64,000 bases of DNA, taken from contig NC_045697.1 of NCBI RefSeq assembly GCF_009834535.1, positions 26,910,001-26,974,000 of the forward strand. The letters are read 5' to 3'. Positions 13,565 to 25,965 of this stretch are shown piece after piece. Made by a program: the position numbers and the translations under genes. Origin of the DNA: Camelus ferus. Lineage: Eukaryota. Positions within the stretch are counted from its first letter, which is position 1, and each line of letters begins with the position of its first letter. A model generated the notes under the pieces. That model saw only the letters and a program-made list of their open reading frames with translations. It was not told the origin of the DNA and ran no database searches.

Positions 13565-15199
13565 CATTTTGGGTGGTTTTTTGTCCTCTGTGGGGTTTCC
13601 TGGGGCGGCTCAGATCCCTCTTTCTGACCTCATATCAACTGAAAAGTCTCTCTTTAATGGGAGCAGGTGGACTTAGGCACATCTCCTTGTGTTCTGTAGC
13701 TGTCTCTTCAGGCCTTCAAAGATCTCTTATCTATCTAGCCTGTCTTCTAAGATGTCAGCCACTCCCTCAGGGCAACCTTTCTTTCCTTCAGCTTTTAATC
13801 CGTTTATTTATTGTGTTTTCAGTCTTCTGCTGCTCCTGATCTGATTGTCACGTCAAAGCACATTTTCCAAAGCACTTGAGTTCTTCCTTTATCCCCTGAT
13901 TCCTAGGGACAAGCCTTTGGGTTTGTGATAATTTTACTGAGTTGTTCTCTTCTTCAACCCAAGACGATGGCATATTCTATTTATCTATTCTGAACATACT
14001 ACCCTTTACAGGTGACTCTCGAGAGCTTTTGGCAAGCACAAAATTCATTAGCCGTATTAATTCCCTGTTAGCCCTGAATGTAGTTCGTGGATTCTGGGGC
14101 AGTAAGAATCATGCTGCCTCCCTGGGCTGGGCAATAACAATTTAAAGCCAGAACATTCCAACATTCTCTGTGCACATGGAGCTCAGCTATTTCTGCTCTT
14201 TTGAGTCTTGGCTAGTAGGCCGAGCAAAGAAACAGCAGCAAAAAGCCACTCAGTTCCTGACCATCTAAAAGGCCTGTCCAAATGAACACTTTCCCCATCT
14301 TGACCTCCCTGATGACTGCTTTCCAAGGCTGGCAGCTACAGTCCTGCCTGAATGTAAACCTCTCCTTACCCATACAGAAACAGCCATTCACCTGTGAATA
14401 AAGCCATACTAAGCCAGAGTAGGAATCCCACAAGACCCACACTTGCCAAGGCCGGATGCCTTTTGCTCAGCTGACTAGTAAAAGCCAACAGTAAAAACCA
14501 GCTGCATGGCTCTATACAGACACCAGTCAACTACCATGAACCCTCCATGCTGACCCAGAGGCCCAAAGCCAGTACCTTGGCCCCACTAAAACCCTCTCTA
14601 CTCTTGGTCTGTTTCTCAAACTTCCCAGATGAACACACCAGACATTGGGAATTTAAGGCAATCAGTAAATAACAGTCCTCTTACCCACGCTTAAATTCTG
14701 AATCCACTGAGATAAACACAGGAGTCAGGCAACAATTTAAAATCTCAACTTTTCTATGAATCTAGCCATTGGGAATTCCCAGGTAAATGTGAGCCTCAAA
14801 TTTCACAATCACTTACCACCCACCACTGGACCTCAGGCCGCACCCCCTCCCCAAGGGGACCTGTCAGCATCCAACTAGCTGCTCAGAGGGGCAGAGCTGA
14901 ATACGTTCTCTGCCAAGAAGAGATGCCCAGCTCCATCTTCCAAAGCCTCAAGAGTGTCACTCCCCAGCCCTAGAGAGGATGACTGAAGGAGGGTGAGAAA
15001 TGGAAAGTGGTACTCTAATGGGAGTCCTTCCCCATGAAAACACCAGGAGCACAAAATTCCACCTTAACACTAAGCCCAAGAACACATCCAACAGGAAAGC
15101 ATGTGCTGTAACATCAGAACAAGGAAGGGAAATGCATCAACTGATTTGACATAATACTGTGTGATATGACAACATATGGTAAATGTGTATACACACACA

Positions 15200-15678
15200 C
15201 AGAGATCTGCCTCAACTTACATCCCAATAAATCTACCTTAAGTTGAAAATCTCCTACATCAAAAATGCATTTAACACATCATAACTTAGCCCAGCCTACC
15301 TTAACATGATCAGAACACTTAACATTAGCCTACAGTTGGCCAAAATCATCCAACACAAAGCCTATTTTATAATGAAGTGTTAACTGTCTCATGTAATTTA
15401 TTGAAGACTGTACAGAAACGGAACAACAGAATGGTTGTCTGGGTCCGGCATGGGTATAAGTGTATCAGTTACTTCCCCGTGACCGTGTGGCTGGCTGGGA
15501 CCTGTGGCTCACTGCCCTGCCCAGCAGCATGAGAGAGTGTTAGACCGCATACCACTAGCCCAGGAAAAGATCAAAGTTCAAAAGTTGGAGTTCAGTTTCT
15601 GCTGAATGCATACCAGTTTCCCACCATCATGAAGTCGAAAAATCCTAAGTCAAACCATTGTAAGTTGGGGACTGTCTG
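15200..15678 (+). mobile_element. Tigger5/MER47-family DNA transposon (Tigger5b-like)
   Basis: Matches recalled MER47/Tigger5 consensus (cattagcctacagttgg.caaaatcatc.aacacaaagcctattttataat; end aaaccattgtaagttggggactgtctg). Confidence 0.85.
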
Positions 15679-16723
15679 TCTATCATATGGTGTGTTATGT
15701 CGTTTGATGTATTATAGCATATGATAGACACACACACAACCCTATTACTATGACAGAAATTAATGGGCAGTGGGATAAGGGATTTCTGGTATTATTGATA
15801 AGACAAGAACAACAATAATATTTACCAAGTCCTTACCACGGGACTTACCACAGGCCAGGAATTCCACTAAGTGCGCTTACTAACTCATGTACTTGACCAC
15901 AAAGCTTGAGCTTTTAACCATATGATTATTCACTGTTATCTAAAACTGAATTCCCTAAAGAAATAATTAAGGGATTAAATGAAGTTTTTTAAAATCTCTA
16001 AAAATGTGTCCTTCTCTCAACGAACACATCACCCCACCAAGGCAGTTGCCATGAAGAAGCTGTCACTTGAAAGCTCAAGAGGCATTATTTCTTCCCTTGT
16101 TGGTGGATATTTAGGGATTTTGTGAGATTTATCTCCAGCACTTGTTCATCATATTGAGTTTTGTTATTTCTATGTAAAGGAAGCTTTCCAGGGATTTCTG
16201 CCACTAACCTGTACTAGTGGTCTAAAAAATAAAAGCAATCCTAAATGTGTATCGAAATAAACTACAATTTATTTTACAAAAATGAATCCCAAGCAAAAGT
16301 ACATTGACATGAAACCATCATGAGTTTACAGGTATTTTCTTAGCTAGAGAGTTGAATGTAGAAATGTAACATCATTTCAGCTGTATCTGGCCACCTGTTA
16401 ATACCCAGCCCCTAAATAGTGGTGTCAGATCTTGGTCCTGGGTGCCTACTGGGCTCTCCTCATATACAGACTCTCCAGAAAGGTCTCCAGTGTCATCAGT
16501 AGGCTGATGGCACCTACATGTGCAGTGCCAGCTCTGACCTCTGCTTCAAGCCCCAGGGTCCCTATCAACACCTAGCTGTCTCACGTTCACTGCAAACTTG
16601 TATGTCCAGAGCATATTTTTTAATTTTCACCCTTAAATCTCCCTCTCCGCTTCTCTTCCGGTTCAGTAAATGCACCACCATGACTTGCATTGTTCAAGCA
16701 AGAGACCAGGACATTCTCCTAAA

Positions 16724-17361
16724 TCAGCACCTCCAATAGAAGTACAATGTGAACCACATATGTCGTGTTACAGTTTCCAGGAGTCACATTTTAAAATACA
16801 ATTAATTTAATAATACAGGCCCACTTCGTTTATTGTGCTTTGCTTAATGGCACTTTGCAGATTCTGTGATTCTTTTTTTTTTTTTTTTTTTTTTTACAAA
16901 TTGAAGGTTTGTGGCAAACTTACATTGTCAGATAATAGCATTTTTTAGCAATAAAGTATTTTTTCATTCAAGCGTGCACATTGTTTAAGCATAATGCTAT
17001 TGCACACTTAGTAGACTACAGTATAGTGTAAACATAAATTTTATATGCACTGAAACCAAAAAATTCGTGTGACTTGCTTTATTGCGATACTCACTTTATG
17101 ACGGTGGTCTGGAACTGAACCTGCTATATCTTCAAGGTATGCCTGTAATTGTATGTACTAATAATACATTGTATTTAACCCAATATATCCAAAATGTTGC
17201 CATTTCTATATCAATATAAAAATTATTAATAAGATAGTTTACCTTTTTTTGTGCGAAGCCTTTGGAATCCAGAATGCATTTTACAAACTCAACAGTTTCC
17301 ATCTTACTTCAAGTGCTCAGTGGCTGCCTGTGGCTTGTGGCTACCATATGGAATATTGCAG
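16724..17361 (-). mobile_element. MER33 (hAT-Charlie), split by a Tigger1 MITE
   Basis: Left half cagcacctccaatagaagtacaatgtgaaccacatatg; right half tatttaacccaatatatccaaaat...ttcaagtgctcagtggctgcctgtggcttgtggctaccat; the halves are colinear with reverse-complement MER33. Confidence 0.8.
16816..17145 (+). mobile_element. Tigger1 internal-deletion derivative (MITE)
   Basis: TA|caggcccacttcgttt...tacaaattgaaggtttgtggca joined to the Tigger1 right end ...ggtggtctggaactgaacctgctatatcttcaaggtatgcctg|TA; TA duplication at 16814-15 and 17146-47. Confidence 0.9.
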
Positions 17362-17485
17362 TCTTAAATCTAAGATTTATCTTTTTGTCTTCCTCCATCT
17401 AGCAGCCAAATTAACCATTTTAAAGTATTTATTCTTGTAACAAACATTAAATGATTGTGTGCCAGGCTCTATTTTAGGTGTTATA

Positions 17486-17705
17486 CGCAGCAATAGTGGG
17501 TTAAGAGCAGCTTACCCAAGTATAAATACTGCCCCTACCTACTAGCTGAGTGCCCTTGAGCAAACTGTTAAACCAATCTGTGCCTTAGTTTCCTCATCTC
17601 TAAAATGGGAACAATAATAGTATGTGCCTTATGGGGTTGTCGTGAGGATCCACTTAGTTAATAGATATAGAGTACTTGGTATGTAGAAAGCACTTCATTA
17701 GTAAT
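17486..17705 (+). mobile_element. MIR SINE
   Basis: gggttaagagc...ctactagctgagtgcccttgagcaa...ctgtgccttagtttcctcatctctaaaatggg...ggggttgtcgtgaggat matches the MIR core. Confidence 0.85.
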
Positions 17706-17774
17706 AGTGATCTTTTGCAAGTCATTCTACAGGTTTGAATTTTGGGTTACTGACTTTTTTCTAAGTGATTTTGA

Positions 17775-17940
17775 TGTTTTGGTAAAATGTATATCATAAA
17801 ATTTGCCATTGTACAATTCTGTGGCATTAATTACATTCACACTGTTGTGCAACCATCACCACTAGCTAATTCCAAGACTCATCATGCCAAACGAAGCCCG
17901 CACACAGTAAGCAGTAACTCCTCCTGCCCCCTCCCCCAGT
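17775..17940 (-). mobile_element. L1MB-like 3' end fragment
   Basis: tacaattctgtggcattaattacattcacactgttgtgcaaccatcaccact is a typical antisense L1MB terminus. Confidence 0.7.
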
Positions 17941-19134
17941 GTGGGTTACTGACTTCAGTTTCCCTTATGGAGTCTACATCCAGTTGAGGAAGGACAGAGA
18001 TTAAACAAATAAAAAGATATTTAACATAATGTCTGCTCATGCTAAATGCTGGTGAGACAAGAAAACCTGGGAAAGGGATGGAGGACAGGAACGCCCTCAC
18101 CGATAGCAGGACAGGCCCCTCTGAGATGTTGCCCAAAGCAGTGAAAAAAGTGAAGGAGTGGGCTGTGCAAAAACCCTTCAGTTTAAATAAAACCAAAATT
18201 GGTTCCTCGGCCCAGAGGCCTCTCTGAGCCTCTGCCCCAGGCCCCTCCACTCCCCGCTGTGGGGCTGCTCATTCCCCTTTCCTTTAAATGGATCTACTTT
18301 GAAGCCGAGATTCAGAAAAGAAAAAATTCCAGTGTGCTTCCATTTTGTACTAATTTAATTCACGTATTACTGTTACAAACCTTACATTTCTTACATTTTT
18401 GTCATAGAAGCAAACAGCAAATATATGATTGGACTTAAATTCTGCTTTCTGTCTCTTTGTACCTTTGTGACTAGATTTCCAGCCTCCCTCTGCCCTCTGC
18501 TGGCTCCACGGTGACAAAGCTCCCATTTACCAAGGGCTGGTCATGTCACCTCACCTTTCTGGACTCAGTTTCTGCCCTGGGGGAAGGGATGGAATACAGA
18601 CCTTACCAGGTGCTTGTGGTGACGGAGCCGAGGCAGGCACAGGGTCTTATCTTTCCCTCGGTGGTACCTACTGTTAATGTAACTATTGTTTTCTCAACAG
18701 CCATGCTCCTTTTCTAATAAAATAAATCATTTTGGGGGCAGATGTAAAGTTAATATTAAATCATATACATCTTTATTTTTCCTTTGCCCTGCGGAGTTCA
18801 GAATGGGGTTGTGCTTTCCATTCCTTAAAGAGAGGGTTCCATCTAGTGGCCGAACTGTAGTCTGTGGATAGAGTGTTTTTCAATCCGTGAGTCTTGAAAA
18901 ATACATTTTTTAATGGAATAAAATAGAATGTAAAGTATCAGAGTGATAAGAACTGTTTTGTAAAGTTTAACAGATACAGTCCATGAAAAATTATTGTATT
19001 GTAATATTAAAACATACTCGTGTGTGTAGTAGGGCACAACATGAACCGCTTTTTCGGACAGTGGCCATTTTTAAAACATTCAGAAAGTCACCGGTTTAGA
19101 AACTGGGTTTAAGTTAGGGATGAACATTGGGCTT

Positions 19135-19280
19135 AACGTGGGCTGAATACTAGAATTATTGAGGGAGCTTGAAAAATACTGTTGCTTTGTCCCCACTCCA
19201 GAGATTCTGGTCTAGGGTGTCACCTAGGCATCAGGATGCTTAAAAGCTACTCAGGTAATTCCCTGTGCAGTCAAGACGGG
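19135..19280. mobile_element. MER5-family (MER5B-like) hAT fragment
   Basis: tagaattattgagggagcttgaaaaatactg...ccccactccagagattctg...gctactcaggtaattc. Confidence 0.6.
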
Positions 19281-20526
19281 GACTTACCATCTGGGGTCCA
19301 TCAAAAACTAGTTTTGTACATGAGAGAACTGTGATCCAGAGGGGTTAAATGATTTGCCAAAAGTCACACTGGTAATTAGTAGAAAAGTTTCATGAAGGAC
19401 CTTGATGGATATGTTAGAACCTGTCAGAAGTTCAGGAACTGTTTTATTTCATTTTTTGGAATGCTTTTAAGAGGGAAAGGGAGATAAAATGGAGAATTTA
19501 TAGTATCTATCTAATCTGTTTTCCAAGTTATAAATTGATTTTTTATATTTCAAAAAATTTGTGGAGTTTATCTGTTAACTGTTCACTTACAGAGCTAATT
19601 CAAATTAGATTCTGTGTGTCAATATCATCTACATTACTGATTTTTTTTGTTTTCACAACACCCAGTTTGAGGGCATTTGCCACCTACATCCCTGAATTTA
19701 ATAAGATGGCTCTACCTTCCTGTTACTATTTTCTCAGAAATGATGTTTGTGTGTTGGTGATGCCTCATCTCCTGTTATTAACTAGGAAAGCACTGGTGAC
19801 TGTCCATCAAAAACCACACACTCTACGAAGTGTGATGATTAAATGCAGAAGTGCTCATATTCCAGAACTCTGATCAATAGAGAGAGAAGACACCCACATG
19901 GATTTTTAGGATTGAAAGGACATAAGAAAAACAGAGCATAAGAATTATAACATGAGCATATTCATTATGTGTCAAAGTGCCCACAGCCAGCTGATAGGAT
20001 AATATATACATACTGGAGCAGTGGGTGTGCCGGGCAAGGGAGGCTTTGAGAAGATAATTTTTGAGTGGGGAGAAGGAGGGGTTTTGACTGAAATAAAGGC
20101 TTGAACTAAAGTTAATAATCATTTTATTTAAGTTAGAGGGAAAAAAACAACTTTTTGTAATAGCAAAGGAGAAACTGGGGAAGGTGTTTTAGTAGGTGGG
20201 AGACGGGGAAAGAGAAATATCTGGTAAAGACATGTGAAGAGGTGAAATGGGTACATGAGTTTCCATTATGAGGAGTTTTTAATGGTAGGATGTTAGAGCC
20301 GCCAAAAGAACTCAGATAAAGCCCAACTTCCTTGTCATCCAGAGGAAGAAGCTGAGACAAGGAGGCCTTAACAGTGTGGCACCATCCCCCCCAAGCTCTC
20401 CCTCTGGCTCCAGTGCCCTCCTCCAGTGTAGCAGGTGGCCTCATCTCACTGAATTTGAGAGGTAATGAGGAATGAATTAAAATATGAACACATAGAGGTA
20501 GAAATAACCTCTTAAATCCATATGCC

Positions 20527-20884
20527 TATTAACGGATAAAAAGGCATATTAAATTTTATAAGAATTTTAGCAAAAATTGATTCAAATCTGGCAGCATCTA
20601 ATCTGTGCAAAATCAAAGACTTTTATAGGCAGAAGGGAACAGGAACAAGGAAGTTATAATGACAGAAAAGCAGATTGGTTATTGCAAGGTTACTTTCCTC
20701 TAGGGGAAGGCAGGAGTCTATCAGGCAGATGACCTAACTAGGGCCGATCAGGCAATTCCTGATCGACTGGCTTAAGATTCCACTTCTGAAAGAGACAGAA
20801 CTGGAATTCAGTTAAGTCTTAGTTTGGTGACGTGGGGCTTAGCATAAGTGACTCCATTTGGGGCCTACTGTCCTGATTTTAACA
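20527..20884 (-). mobile_element. ERV1-class solo LTR (~358 bp)
   Basis: Minus strand starts tgttaaaatcaggacagtaggccccaaatggagtcacttatgctaagcccc; has CCAAT and TATA-like (tataaaag) elements; near-perfect 4-bp TSD tgcc/tgct. Confidence 0.78.
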
Positions 20885-20996
20885 TGCTTATGAGTATATT
20901 ACACAGACTTGAGCCTAACAAGCTTCCATTAAAACTAAAGATAGAGCATAGATAATAAAATATGATCATTAGACAGCTTAAACAAGAGATTTAGAT

Positions 20997-21186
20997 CAGG
21001 GTTTCTGAACCTCAGCCCAATAGACGTTTTAGGTCGAGGGTCTATTCGTGTGCATTAAAGGGTGTTTGGCAACATTCCTGGTCTTGACCCATCAGATGCC
21101 AGTAGCAACACTTCCACCACCACCCCCAGGTTGTAACAACTGAAAATATCTCCCGGGGGCAGAATCCTCCCTGTTGAGAACCACTG
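20997..21186 (-). mobile_element. MER20 (hAT-Charlie)
   Basis: cagggtttctgaacctcagc...agatgccagtagca...ttgtaacaactgaaaatatctcc...gttgagaaccactg matches reverse-complement MER20 with both termini. Confidence 0.88.
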
Positions 21187-24100
21187 ATGTAAGAATGTTT
21201 GGGAATACAGTTAGTTGATTCAGGATTTGTCATTATAAGCAGGCAGGGAGTCGCCAGCAACGTACTCCCTGAACTGTGGGGTCTCCGTTTGCACAGCTTG
21301 AGCTCGGCTCCTGCTAATCGCTCCTTAAGAGCTCTGCCCTTGGAGGGGCACTCGGAGGGGCACTCGGCAAGTGCCTCTGCGAGGGAAGCCTGACTCAGCA
21401 GTTGGTAATTTGTCCACCTTAACGTCACCTCCACCAACCCAGGTTGTCTGACCCTTAAGAGTCTCCTTAAAACTGCAGGTGCTGGTCTCCCTCTCAGAGA
21501 ATTTCCAAACACCAAGGAATTCTTTCATTCACATTGGGATGTCTGTGCGTCTGTGGCTGCTCCAGAATTCTCCTGACCCCATTCTCAGTCTGACATAAAA
21601 TCATTGCCAGCCACACTCGAGTGGCCAGCGGACCCGAAGCGGGCTCTCTCCTGCCCGAATGCATTGGCTCCAACCCGCTGGGCCTCAGGAAGTGGGAAGC
21701 AGCAGCCAGTGAGGCCAATCCATGAATGTTGGGCCTTTTTCTTAGAAAACAAAGGATCCACTTTAGGCTAGCAAGAAACATCCGGGAAGAAAAAACAAAA
21801 AACTGACCTTCATTAGAATCAAATAAAAGAGGCAAATTCAGAGAAACCTGTCTTTCATGCTGTGAATAATCGTCATTTTGTGGGGCTTTTTACCGTATCA
21901 TTTCTCCTTCAGAACCGTCTACATTACCTAATCTACAAGAGAAGCAATCGACTCTCAAAGCAAATTCTTAGAAGAGGTTCAAGAGAATTTCAGTAGTTTT
22001 GATTTCTGAATTAAGATCCTGCATTATTTCCTGTGCTCTGTGTTATAAGAAATGCCTGATCTTCATGAAGAGTGGAGAAGATTCGTCATTATACAATACA
22101 GCTTGAAAGTTCCCAGAGAAAATAGTCCATGCATATTTTTAAAGATGCAAAATGGATGCAAATCCCACCAGACACCTTAATGGATCCTAGTGACTCCTGG
22201 TAGGGACCACTATTTTAGTCTTTTTTTCAGAATGCATTGGCAAGCTGAATTCTTCACAGCAGCTAGCATTCTGCTGGCTTGAATTTGGGGTTACTGGCTT
22301 CTTAACTCCCCTTCTGCCTACTCTCTTCACAGCTTCTGATATAACACAGACTTTATCAGTTCCTACTCCTTCTGTGGTGTTCCTCTTAGCCAACGTCCCT
22401 CTCCTCTGTCAGAACTTCCTTCTTGTTAAGGCTTAAAGCCATGCATTGGGCCACTTGAGTTGGTTTTGAATCCCTTAGCCCCCCGGGGTGGGAGTACAAG
22501 GTTAACCTTTGAAAAGTAATACTACACTTGGGTAAAGAACTGCAAAAAGAATGGGCCTCCAATTGCAGAGAACATCCCTCCAAACACCTTGTAAGAGAAG
22601 AAGAAAAATAAAGTAGGGGGAAGAGAAATATCTGAGGTAAACATGAAAGTCTTTCCAGCTCACATCTGCCTAATATTTCCATCAGTTAACATAACCACAC
22701 CAAGCACTGAAGTAAAAGCATAATCTCACCTCACTGTTCATCTCTTTAGCATCTGTTTTCATTCTGAGATATTTCCTTGTCAGTCTTTTCTTATATATTC
22801 ACCTGTATTATATTCATATGATTAAACAAGAAGTCCCACAGGGGTGGGAGGAGCAGACCCAGGCTTTACAGGGGAGATAGTAAAATTAGTTAACACCAGA
22901 ATGGTCCAGAGCAGAAGCTGGACGTAAATAACAGTTACTGATTCACACAAGCTGAAAACTCAATCTGTTGCTTTGTATAATGTCTAGCACAGCAAGTGAG
23001 AGTGACCCCAGACATAGGAATTAGAGAACTTACTGATATTACTCACAGATTAGGGGCAGAGATTCCCTCCACTTAATTAAAATAGGGGCTACGTGTAAGC
23101 CGTAGCACTAGTGTCCTGCAGTCATCACTAATTCCTTTTTCTATTTCAATTACCTCAAAGCCAGTCTAACCCTAGAGGAACAGGAAGATTATAAATTAGC
23201 GTTTGCAGTGGAGACACAGCCATGCGCATGGGAACTTTCTTTCTGCCCCTGATTGGCTGCTTCAGCTGGAACACTGTACAAATTGGCCCCTGTTCCTCCA
23301 CTGGGAGTCCGTGCTTTAATTCTTGATCTCATCCTCCTCCTGGCCCTCGGTTGTCAGAGATACAGTGCCTAGACACGTGGAGCGCCCCCAAAGTATTCCC
23401 AGCGTCCGATGAATCAGGTGACACCTACTCAACTCAGATGGGGCTGAGTCTCTTTAAATTTTCTATAACCAGTGTACTGAGAGAGCTGTTCTCAGTTGAG
23501 GACACATGAGGAACGAGAATTTATTTTTCTTGCATCACTGCCTTCAAACATGCTTTGCTGGGTTCTTTCCCGACCCAGGAAGCTTGCTCAATCAGATGCT
23601 ATCAAGACTGACTTGCAAGAATTAAAAAGTCCAAGTGGGTCTAAATCAAAGTGTCCACTTTACACCCAGTTTAAATTGTCTGCTTCTCCTGGGTCCAGGT
23701 TCTTGGGTCTGGAACAGAGAAGGGAGGTATCGCCAGTCCTGCACCATTTTCCCTTCTTCTTCCTTCACTCCTCACCCAGCCTTTTGGGCCTCCAAATGCT
23801 GCTTCTGAATCCCTCAGGTCAGAGGGAGGGGCAATGGAAGAAAAGGAGCAAAAGCTAAGAGAAACTTATCCAACCCTGTCCGCCGTCCTGCACTCCCACG
23901 TCTGGTGTCCCACAGATAGAAATCCCTACTTCCCTCCCTTCATGGGGTGAGGCTGGGGCTGGGGGAAGCAGCATTCACCTGGAGGACAGACAAAAGTGAA
24001 GCCGACTCCACTCCAGTTTCCTCCAGCGAATCTCTTCCTGGTCTTCAGTCTTCTGTCACATACTGGAGATTGGTGACAGGGACGAGGGTCACAGGAACAA

Positions 24101-24299
24101 GGTGATCACGTCAGCCCAGCAGGTGTGTCCAGCAACTCCTCTTTACAGTGTTGCAATAGCCCAGGGCTTGGGTTCCAGTGAAAATTTTGAGCTTTCAGAA
24201 AGTGTCCTGCTGATGACTAAGTTTATGTGTCAAATTGACTAGACTACAGTACCCAGATCTTTGGCCAAACATCAGGCAAAATGTCACAGTGAGGTTTTT

Positions 24300-25625
24300 C
24301 TTTTAATTTTTAAAAAAATTTTATAGGGTTTTTAAAGGTTACTTCCCATTTACAGTTATTACAAAATATTGGCTATATTCCTCATGTTGTACAATACATT
24401 CCTAAGCCCATCTTATACCCAATAGTTTGTACAGTCCATTCCCCCATCCTACATTGTGCCCCTCACTGGTAACCACTAGTTTGTTCTCTATATCTGAGTC
24501 TGCTTCTTTTTTATTATATCCACTAGTTTGTTATATTTTTTAAGTTTCCATCTATAAGTGAGATCATACAGTGTTTGTCTTTCTCTGTCTGACTTATTTC
24601 AATTAGCATAATACCCTCCAAGTCCAGCCATATTGCTGCAAATGGCAAAATGTCATTCTTTGTTTATGGCTGAGTAGTATTCCTGTGTGGCTGTGTGTGC
24701 GTGTGCATGTGCGTGTGTGTGTGTGTACCACATCTTCTTTATCCAGTCATCTGTTGATGGACACTCAGATTGCTTTCATGTCTTGGCTATTGTAAATAGT
24801 GCTGCAGTGAACATTGGGGTGCATGTATCTTTCAAATTAGTGTTTTTGTTTTTTCTGATATATACCCAAGAGTGGAACTCCTGGGTCATATGTAGTCTAT
24901 TTTTAATTTTTTGAGAAACAACCATACTGTTTTCCTCAGTGGCTGCACCAATTTGCGTTCCCACAAACAGTGTATGAGAGTTCTTTTCTTCACATCTTCC
25001 AACATTTGTTATTTGTGTTCTTTTTGATGACAGCCATTCTAATAGGTGGGAGGTGGTATTTCACTGAGTTTTGCTTTGCATTTCCCTGATAATTAGCAAT
25101 ATTGAGCATCTTTTCATGTGCCTGTTGGCCATTTGCATTTCCCCTTTGGGAAAATGTCTATTCAGTTCTTCTGCCTATTTCTTAATTGGGTTTTTTTTTT
25201 TTTTGATGTTGAATTCTATGAACTGTTTATCTATGTTGTATATTAATCCCTTATCAGTCATATCACTTGCAAATATTTTCTCCCATTCAGTAGGTTGTCT
25301 TTTCATTTTGTCAATGGTTTCTTTTATTCTGCAAAATCTTTTAAGTTTAATTAGGTCCCATTTGTTATTTTTGCTCTTATTTCCTTTACTTTAGGAGACA
25401 GATCCAAAAAAATATTGCTGCGATTTATGTCAAAGAGTGTTCTGCCTATGTTTCCCTCTAGAAGTTTTATAGTATCTGGTCTTCCATTAAGGTCTTTAAT
25501 TCATTCTGAGCTTATTTTTGTATATGGTGTTGGAGAATGTTCTAATTTCATTCTTTTACATGTAGCTGTCCAGTTTTTCCAACTCTGTTTATTGAAGAGA
25601 CTGTTTTTCTCCATTGTAATTCTTG
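24300..25625 (-). mobile_element. 5'-truncated L1 (ORF2 C-terminus + 3' UTR), ~1.3 kb
   Basis: Track ORF 24776..24964(-) contains KDTCTPMFTAALFTIAKT, the L1 ORF2 C-terminal motif; T-rich tail on the left; TSD acagtgagg(t)tttt 24286-24299 / acagtgagggtatttt 25626-25641. Confidence 0.92.
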
Positions 25626-25914
25626 ACAGTGAGGGTATTTTTAGGTGAGATTAACATTTAAATCAGCAAACTTTGAGTAAAGGAGATTACCCTTCATAAT
25701 GTGGGTGGGCTTCAACCAGTTGAAGCCTTTTAAAATAAAAGACTGGTCCTCTGAGGAAGGAGGAATTCTGCCTGCAGATGCCTTCAGACTCAAGCTGTAA
25801 CAATCAACTCTTCCCTGGGTCTCCAGCCTACTAACCCATCCTGCAAATTACAGGCTTGCCAGCCCCCACATCATGTAAGCCAATTCCTAAAGTATATAGA
25901 GAGATAGACAGATA

Positions 25915-25916
<2 letters not shown>

Positions 25917-25964
<48 letters not shown>
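25917..25964. repeat. (CA)24 microsatellite inside MLT2B
   Basis: Perfect CA run read directly. Confidence 0.95.

Positions 25965-25965
<1 letters not shown>

Noticed and set aside
21042..21835. Cluster of 60-157 aa ORFs
   Set aside because: Partly runs through MER20, no recognisable domains or exon structure; consistent with chance ORFs in a GC-richer patch.
23381..23395. CTCF-like gggggcgct on the minus strand
   Set aside because: Lacks the CC...AG half of the core motif.
25071..25648. Hydrophobic 107-aa and 77-aa ORFs resembling membrane proteins
   Set aside because: Antisense translations of L1 ORF2 sequence.
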